Assembly (NCBI GenBank): GCA_003019595.1
Contig: NEXD01000002.1
Span: 13,137 to 77,136, forward strand
Length of the DNA: 64,000 nucleotides
Direction of reading: 5' to 3'
DNA from: Candidatus Marsarchaeota G1 archaeon BE_D
GTDB lineage: Archaea > Thermoproteota > Thermoprotei_A > Marsarchaeales > Marsarchaeaceae
Positions 58,970 to 64,000 of the stretch are shown piece by piece; within the stretch, counting starts at the first letter, position 1; every line of letters starts with the position of its first letter. A model generated the notes under the pieces. It had not been told where the DNA came from, searched no databases, and worked only from the letters and a program-made list of their open reading frames with translations. Both the position numbers and the translations under genes were made by a program.

Positions 58970-60187
58970 ATGTCAAAAGAAACAAGTTATGACTCATACG
59001 ATGAGTACAAGCTAAAGAAATTAATTTCGGAGTTGGAAGCAAAAGAAGGAAGAGGCACCGAACTGATAAGTTTGTACATTCCCCCTCAACGCGCGATTAG
59101 CGATGTAGTTAGAGACTTAAGAGAAGAAGCTAGTACTGCATCCAACATAAAGTCCAAATCAACGAGAAAGAACGTCATGGACGCCATAGAGTCAATCTTA
59201 CAAAAACTTAAACTGTTTAAAGAGCCGCCTCCAAACGGTCTAGTAATATTCTGTGGTGCAATTCCTCATGGTGCTCCAGGAAACGAAAAGATGGAAATCC
59301 ATGTGTTAGAGCCACCTGAACCTATCAACATATACTTGTATAGGTGTGATTCAAAATTTGTCGTTGAACCATTAAAAGAATTGTTAAGGGAGAAAGAAGT
59401 TTACGGAATAATTGTAATGGATCGGTCAGAAGCCACGTTTGCATTGCTTAGTGGAAGGAGTATAAACATATTAGATACGATAACTTCAGGAATTCCTGGT
59501 AAACATCATGCAGGCGGTCAGTCTGCAAGACGGTTTCAAAGAATTATTGAACAAGTCGCTCACGAATTTTATGTTAGAATAGGAGAATATGCTTCCAAAT
59601 ACTTCTTAAATAAAGAAATAAAGGGGATTATTATTGGTGGTCCTGGGCCTAATAAAAACGAGTTTTACGAAGGAAATTATTTGCATTATGAATTACAAAA
59701 GAAAGTATTAGGTCTAGTAGATGTTGGCTATACAGGCGAAGAAGGTGTTCGCGAGCTCATAAATCGAGCAACAGATTTATTACAAAAATCTAAATTAGCT
59801 CATGAAAAGCAAATCTTTAATAAATTGATGGAAACAATGGTTAAGGACCCGCAAAAAGTTGCGATTGGTAAAAAAGAAGTCCTTGAAAAACTTGACAGAG
59901 CTGAAATTCTTATTCTTTCAGAAGAAGCTAATGACTTACGTATCACGTATGAATGTCCAAATTGCCATGAGCGAGTGGTTTCTGATTCTGAGAACGACTC
60001 AAAAACGGTTGCATGTCCTAAATGTGGTACACCAATGCTAATTGAACAAAAAGAATCGCTTGTCGACTACCTTGCTGAGACTTTAAAAAAGCGTGGAAAA
60101 GTGGTGGAGTTTATGTCTACAAAAACAGAAGAGGGTGAACAACTAAAAAATTCATTTGGAGGATATGCGGCAATCTTGAGCGACTAA
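58970..60187 (+). CDS. prf1: peptide chain release factor aRF1 (start at MSKETSY)
   Basis: GTELISLY, NIKS, YRCDSKF, GGQS. Confidence 0.97.
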   Translation: MSKETSYDSYDEYKLKKLISELEAKEGRGTELISLYIPPQRAISDVVRDLREEASTASNIKSKSTRKNVMDAIESILQKLKLFKEPPPNGLVIFCGAIPHGAPGNEKMEIHVLEPPEPINIYLYRCDSKFVVEPLKELLREKEVYGIIVMDRSEATFALLSGRSINILDTITSGIPGKHHAGGQSARRFQRIIEQVAHEFYVRIGEYASKYFLNKEIKGIIIGGPGPNKNEFYEGNYLHYELQKKVLGLVDVGYTGEEGVRELINRATDLLQKSKLAHEKQIFNKLMETMVKDPQKVAIGKKEVLEKLDRAEILILSEEANDLRITYECPNCHERVVSDSENDSKTVACPKCGTPMLIEQKESLVDYLAETLKKRGKVVEFMSTKTEEGEQLKNSFGGYAAILSD

Positions 60188-60240
60188 AAAGGCTTGCTAA
60201 ACAAAACACTATTATCTCGCTTTATTTTTAACAAGGTGCC

Positions 60241-61008
60241 ATGAGTGGATTTGAAAGAAGACTTTCGAGGATCTTTTCAGACGATGGGAGAACTGTAATA
60301 ATAGCCATAGACCATGGTCTTTTCTTTGGCTCAATTAAGGGCTTGATTGACTTTAAAACCACTGTAACCCAATTGTTAGAAGGTGGTGCTGATGCTCTAC
60401 AAATGTCATTTGCAATGACTAGGTTTACTAAAGAGCCTATCACTAAGTGCGGATTAATAGTGCGATTGGACACCACTAATTTATGGAGACAAAAGCCTAA
60501 ACCCCAGATAGCTTTGCACAACGCTGTATTTAATTTAAAGCAAGCAATTAAAGCGGATGCAGATGCAGTGGTGGTATATCTTTTTATAGGGGGAGAGCTT
60601 GAAAGAAAAAGTTTTTCGCTTGTATCCGATATAATTAACAAAGCTCATGATTATGATTTACCTGTGATTGTTGAGCCTATGATCGAAAAAGGTATTGGTG
60701 AATCGATAGCAGAACCTACAGAATTAATAAACGCCGCAAGGTTAGCTGTTGAAATGGGTGCCGATATTTTAAAAGTCGATTACACAGGCGACCAAGAAAG
60801 TTTTAAAGAGTTGGTCAAAACGTCTTCTGTTCCAGTTCTATTGAGAGGTGGGCCAAAAAGAGAGTCTCAGTCTCTTATAGACGAAATGGTTAAGGATGCC
60901 ATTAAAGCTGGTGCTCGCGGCGTTGTCTTTGGAAGAAATGTTTGGCAAACAGAAAATGTGACAGAGAGAGTAAAGCATCTAATTAGCCTCGTACACGAAA
61001 AATTTTAG
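60241..61008 (+). CDS. class I aldolase, DhnA family
   Basis: IAIDHG, GADILKVDY, GRNVWQ. Confidence 0.9.
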   Translation: MSGFERRLSRIFSDDGRTVIIAIDHGLFFGSIKGLIDFKTTVTQLLEGGADALQMSFAMTRFTKEPITKCGLIVRLDTTNLWRQKPKPQIALHNAVFNLKQAIKADADAVVVYLFIGGELERKSFSLVSDIINKAHDYDLPVIVEPMIEKGIGESIAEPTELINAARLAVEMGADILKVDYTGDQESFKELVKTSSVPVLLRGGPKRESQSLIDEMVKDAIKAGARGVVFGRNVWQTENVTERVKHLISLVHEKF

Positions 61009-61030
61009 TATATTTAAATTCATATTTTAT

Positions 61031-61978
61031 TTATAATACCGAATAAAACACGGCTATTGTTGTATATAGCCTGTTTTCCGCTTGTTCAAACACTATGCTT
61101 CTAGGACCGTCGATTACCGATTCTGTGACTTCTTGACCACGATGGGCTGGTAAACAATGCATGAAATAAGCCTCTGGTTTAGCTAATGCAAAAAGCTGAT
61201 CGTTAACTTGGTAACCTTTAAGGAGTTCAATTTTAGAAGACGCTTCGGCTTCTTGACCCATGCTCACCCAAACGTCAGTATAAACCACATCAGCGCTTTC
61301 CACGGCTTTTTGTGGATTTGTATCTATTTCTATTTTTGCACCAGTTTTTCTTGCTTCAATTTTGGCTCTTGCGACTATATCTGGTGATGGTTTAAGATTT
61401 AAAGGTGTTGCAACACTTATATATGCACCTACTTTTGCTGTTGCTAGAATTAATGAATTTGCTACGTTATTACCATCGCCCACGTATGCAATCTTTACTT
61501 TTTTAAAGTCGCCAAATTTTTCTTTAATGGTCATAAAATCAGCTAAAGCTTGCAAAGGATGCTCTTTATCGCTTAAAGCATTTATTATAGGGATTTTTGC
61601 ATAATCTCGAAAAGTGTAAAGGTCGTCATGCGAAAACACTCTAGCGGCAACGCAATGAACCATTTTACCGAAAACACGAGCGGTATCGCTTAATGGTTCT
61701 CCTCGAGAAAGTTGTAATTCATTCCAATTTAAGGCGATAGGATGCATTTTTAACATGTTACACGCAACCTCTAAAGAAAGTCTTGTTCGCGTAGATGGTT
61801 TCTGAAATAACAGCGCTACAGATTTTCCTTCTTTCTCTAAGCTAAAAAGCCCTGCCTTTATTGACCTTTTAACCCTTAAGGCAAGCTCCAGAAGACCTTC
61901 AAACTCTTCTGAAGTTAAATCGTCCACGGAAATTATACTTCTTCCTGTCAAAAGATTTACGCGCATAGTGATACACAC
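61031..61978 (-). CDS. argF: ornithine carbamoyltransferase
   Basis: STRTR, HPLQ, SMG, HCLP. Confidence 0.96.
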   Translation of the reverse strand: MCITMRVNLLTGRSIISVDDLTSEEFEGLLELALRVKRSIKAGLFSLEKEGKSVALLFQKPSTRTRLSLEVACNMLKMHPIALNWNELQLSRGEPLSDTARVFGKMVHCVAARVFSHDDLYTFRDYAKIPIINALSDKEHPLQALADFMTIKEKFGDFKKVKIAYVGDGNNVANSLILATAKVGAYISVATPLNLKPSPDIVARAKIEARKTGAKIEIDTNPQKAVESADVVYTDVWVSMGQEAEASSKIELLKGYQVNDQLFALAKPEAYFMHCLPAHRGQEVTESVIDGPRSIVFEQAENRLYTTIAVFYSVL

Positions 61979-61988
61979 TTGGACAGTC

Positions 61989-62891
61989 TTAAAACAGTTT
62001 CTTAAGAATCACTTCTGGTGAAAACTCTATGAGAGAAGAATAATCCTGACCAATTCCAATAAAATAAATTGGTTTCTTTATTATTCTTGCAACAGAAAAT
62101 ATCAAACCGCCGTGTGAGTCAGCATCCATTTTTGTGATTATAACTCCGTCAATTCCAATGTCACTGTTAAAAGTTCTTATTTGATTTACTGCGTCGTTAC
62201 CTACTAAACTATCGCCTACAAAGATTTTAAGATCAGGCTTAGAAACTCTTACTATTTTCTTCATTTCTTGAATCAAATCTGTGTCAGTGTTCATCCTTCC
62301 AGCTGTATCTATCAAAACAACATTACGTTTATTTTTACGAGCTTCTTGTACACAACCAAAAGCTACAGAAGCAGGATCGGAACCATACTTTGACAAATAA
62401 ACAGGAACACCGATTTTCTCCGCGTGTGATTTTATTTGCTCGATTGCGCCTGCTCTAAATGTGTCTGCCGCGGCAATTATAGGTAAAAATCCCTTCTCCT
62501 TTAATTTAAAGGCAAGCTTGGCTATAGTGGTCGTTTTACCGCTTCCATTAACCCCAAAGAACACAATAGTGCATAAGCCTTTTTCCTTTATAATAGAAGA
62601 TACAAGCTGGTAAAAATCGGGCGGCTTTACGATTTCTAAGATTTTTGTCAAACTTTCCTTCATTTTTGATTCAATAATTGTATGTGAATTTGTAAACCTT
62701 CCTATTTTCACATCTTTTAAAGAAAGTCTTATTTCGTTCGCTATCTCAATCGCCACGTCGTATGCCACGTCGTTCTGAATCAATTCGTGCACAAATTCGT
62801 TTACTGCGCTTTCTATTTCTTTTTCAGAAAGTTCTCTTGTTGTTATACTGTCCGAAAAATTCTTTATGGCTTTTTTTAATGACTCAAACAC
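61989..62891 (-). CDS. ftsY: SRP receptor FtsY
   Basis: GSGKTTTIAK, DTFRAGA, DTAGR, TKMD. Confidence 0.97.
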   Translation of the reverse strand: MFESLKKAIKNFSDSITTRELSEKEIESAVNEFVHELIQNDVAYDVAIEIANEIRLSLKDVKIGRFTNSHTIIESKMKESLTKILEIVKPPDFYQLVSSIIKEKGLCTIVFFGVNGSGKTTTIAKLAFKLKEKGFLPIIAAADTFRAGAIEQIKSHAEKIGVPVYLSKYGSDPASVAFGCVQEARKNKRNVVLIDTAGRMNTDTDLIQEMKKIVRVSKPDLKIFVGDSLVGNDAVNQIRTFNSDIGIDGVIITKMDADSHGGLIFSVARIIKKPIYFIGIGQDYSSLIEFSPEVILKKLF

Positions 62892-62893
62892 GT

Positions 62894-63349
62894 CTATTGA
62901 CCCGCAATTTGTAATTCTTGAACTAGCCTTTCAATTTTTGGTTGTAACAATTGAATTCTTTGGAGAGTTAGCGTGTATTCCTTCAATAATTCAGCCGATC
63001 TTTCTCTTAGGAGATTGATTCTGTCATTCAAATATTTTAAAACATTAGACACAGACATTTTTGCGTATATGTTTTGTCCTAACAAAACAAGCAAATGGTC
63101 ATAGTTTTGAAGCATCATTTTGGCAAGAACACCACTTCCAAGCGAAACAAGAGTCTCTCTTTGTAATCCCTTTTCCCCAAGTTCCTTTATGGAACTTATC
63201 GTGGTTAAAGTTTCCAATTCAGCAGCTTGTATTAGTTTTAATTGCTCGTCTAACACTTGAGCTACAGAACTTAAATATTCATATTCGGTAACGAGTTTTT
63301 GTAACAAAGAATACTTATTAGAAACAGACTGGTCTTCCATAACTCTCAC
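62894..63349 (-). CDS. pfdA: prefoldin alpha subunit
   Basis: Coiled coil with LVSLGSG and LVLLGQN hairpins; LX-pfdA-ftsY context. Confidence 0.9.
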   Translation of the reverse strand: MRVMEDQSVSNKYSLLQKLVTEYEYLSSVAQVLDEQLKLIQAAELETLTTISSIKELGEKGLQRETLVSLGSGVLAKMMLQNYDHLLVLLGQNIYAKMSVSNVLKYLNDRINLLRERSAELLKEYTLTLQRIQLLQPKIERLVQELQIAGQ

Positions 63350-63588
63350 ACTTTTTGTTCGACAAAACTTCTTATTATTGGATCTTGAATCTCTTCTGTG
63401 TTTTCTACGGGCTTGATTTCTTGAATCTTAATTTGAAATCTTTTTAGTCTGTGTTTGCTCCCAATTATAGAATAGATTCTTTCTAATGCGACCTTTTCGT
63501 TTGGGGCTAGTACGTATTTGGTAAAACGTTGCCAACCAAAAGAGCTTTTCATAACTCCTGCAACCTTAAAGACTTTTTGAGTTATCAT
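63346..63588 (-). CDS. rplX: ribosomal protein eL20 (LX)
   Basis: YSIIGSKHRLKR. Confidence 0.95.
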   Translation of the reverse strand: MITQKVFKVAGVMKSSFGWQRFTKYVLAPNEKVALERIYSIIGSKHRLKRFQIKIQEIKPVENTEEIQDPIIRSFVEQKV

Positions 63589-63652
63589 TTTTTTCTGTTT
63601 TATTCAGCTTTAACCAGTATTTGAGCATAGCTAACTTGCTTAGCATTAAATT

Positions 63653-64000
63653 CTAGACTTTTAATGCTCTTTCTATTTCAGCCATTTCAATACCAGTGGT
63701 TTTGTATCCCACAAAAACGAAACTATCATTATAAATTATACCGCTACGCACATATGGATAGCCTGAATTCACGGTTACACGTACACCATTAAGATTTGTG
63801 TTAGAAGAAACTAATGCGAACTCGGTTTCTGTTGTCTGTGGATGGCAAACAAATCCTTTGCTGTTAAGAGCTAATGACGAGCCAATTGTGGTAAGACCTG
63901 CAATAGTGGTTTTGATTAGCTCAACTCCTAAAGTGTCCTCAGCCGCTTTTATCGTAGCCATGCTTAGTTTGGGCGACACAAACCCCACTTTGTTGTTTGC
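63653..64000 (-). CDS. eif6: translation initiation factor aIF6 (5' end outside window)
   Basis: TVNSG, TTGIE; context before rplX. Confidence 0.92.
   Translation of the reverse strand, partial: ANNKVGFVSPKLSMATIKAAEDTLGVELIKTTIAGLTTIGSSLALNSKGFVCHPQTTETEFALVSSNTNLNGVRVTVNSGYPYVRSGIIYNDSFVFVGYKTTGIEMAEIERALKV

Overview
Core-genome region of an AT-rich archaeon, most likely TACK/Thermoproteota (inferred from gene order, eL20/LX, catalytic-only ThrRS and the cbf5 intron). Most of it is translation and information-processing genes: the uL3-to-secY/adk/cmk/cbf5 superoperon, the uS13-to-gltX block, KEOPS, aIF2-gamma, aIF5B, aRF1, aIF6, five RNase P protein candidates and four tRNAs. Main result: two protein genes are interrupted by perfect bulge-helix-bulge (BHB) micro-introns. 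One is the known cbf5 type (19 nt, splitting the catalytic Asp codon). The other is a 20-nt intron in the switch-I motif of aIF5B (infB), inside a long exon-exon hairpin. tRNA-Leu(CAA) has a 16-nt intron whose 3' splice bulge doubles as the thrS stop codon. Also seen: a box C/D sRNA predicted to guide Gm2251 of 23S rRNA, a type IV pilus-like locus with a HerA/VirB4-like ATPase, a degenerate mevalonate kinase, an inactivated DHH (Cdc45/GAN-like) protein, a truncated eL15, a 49-bp direct repeat with IS605-like debris, and two homopolymer frameshifts that may be sequencing errors. All calls are by eye from motifs and gene order; no database searches were run.
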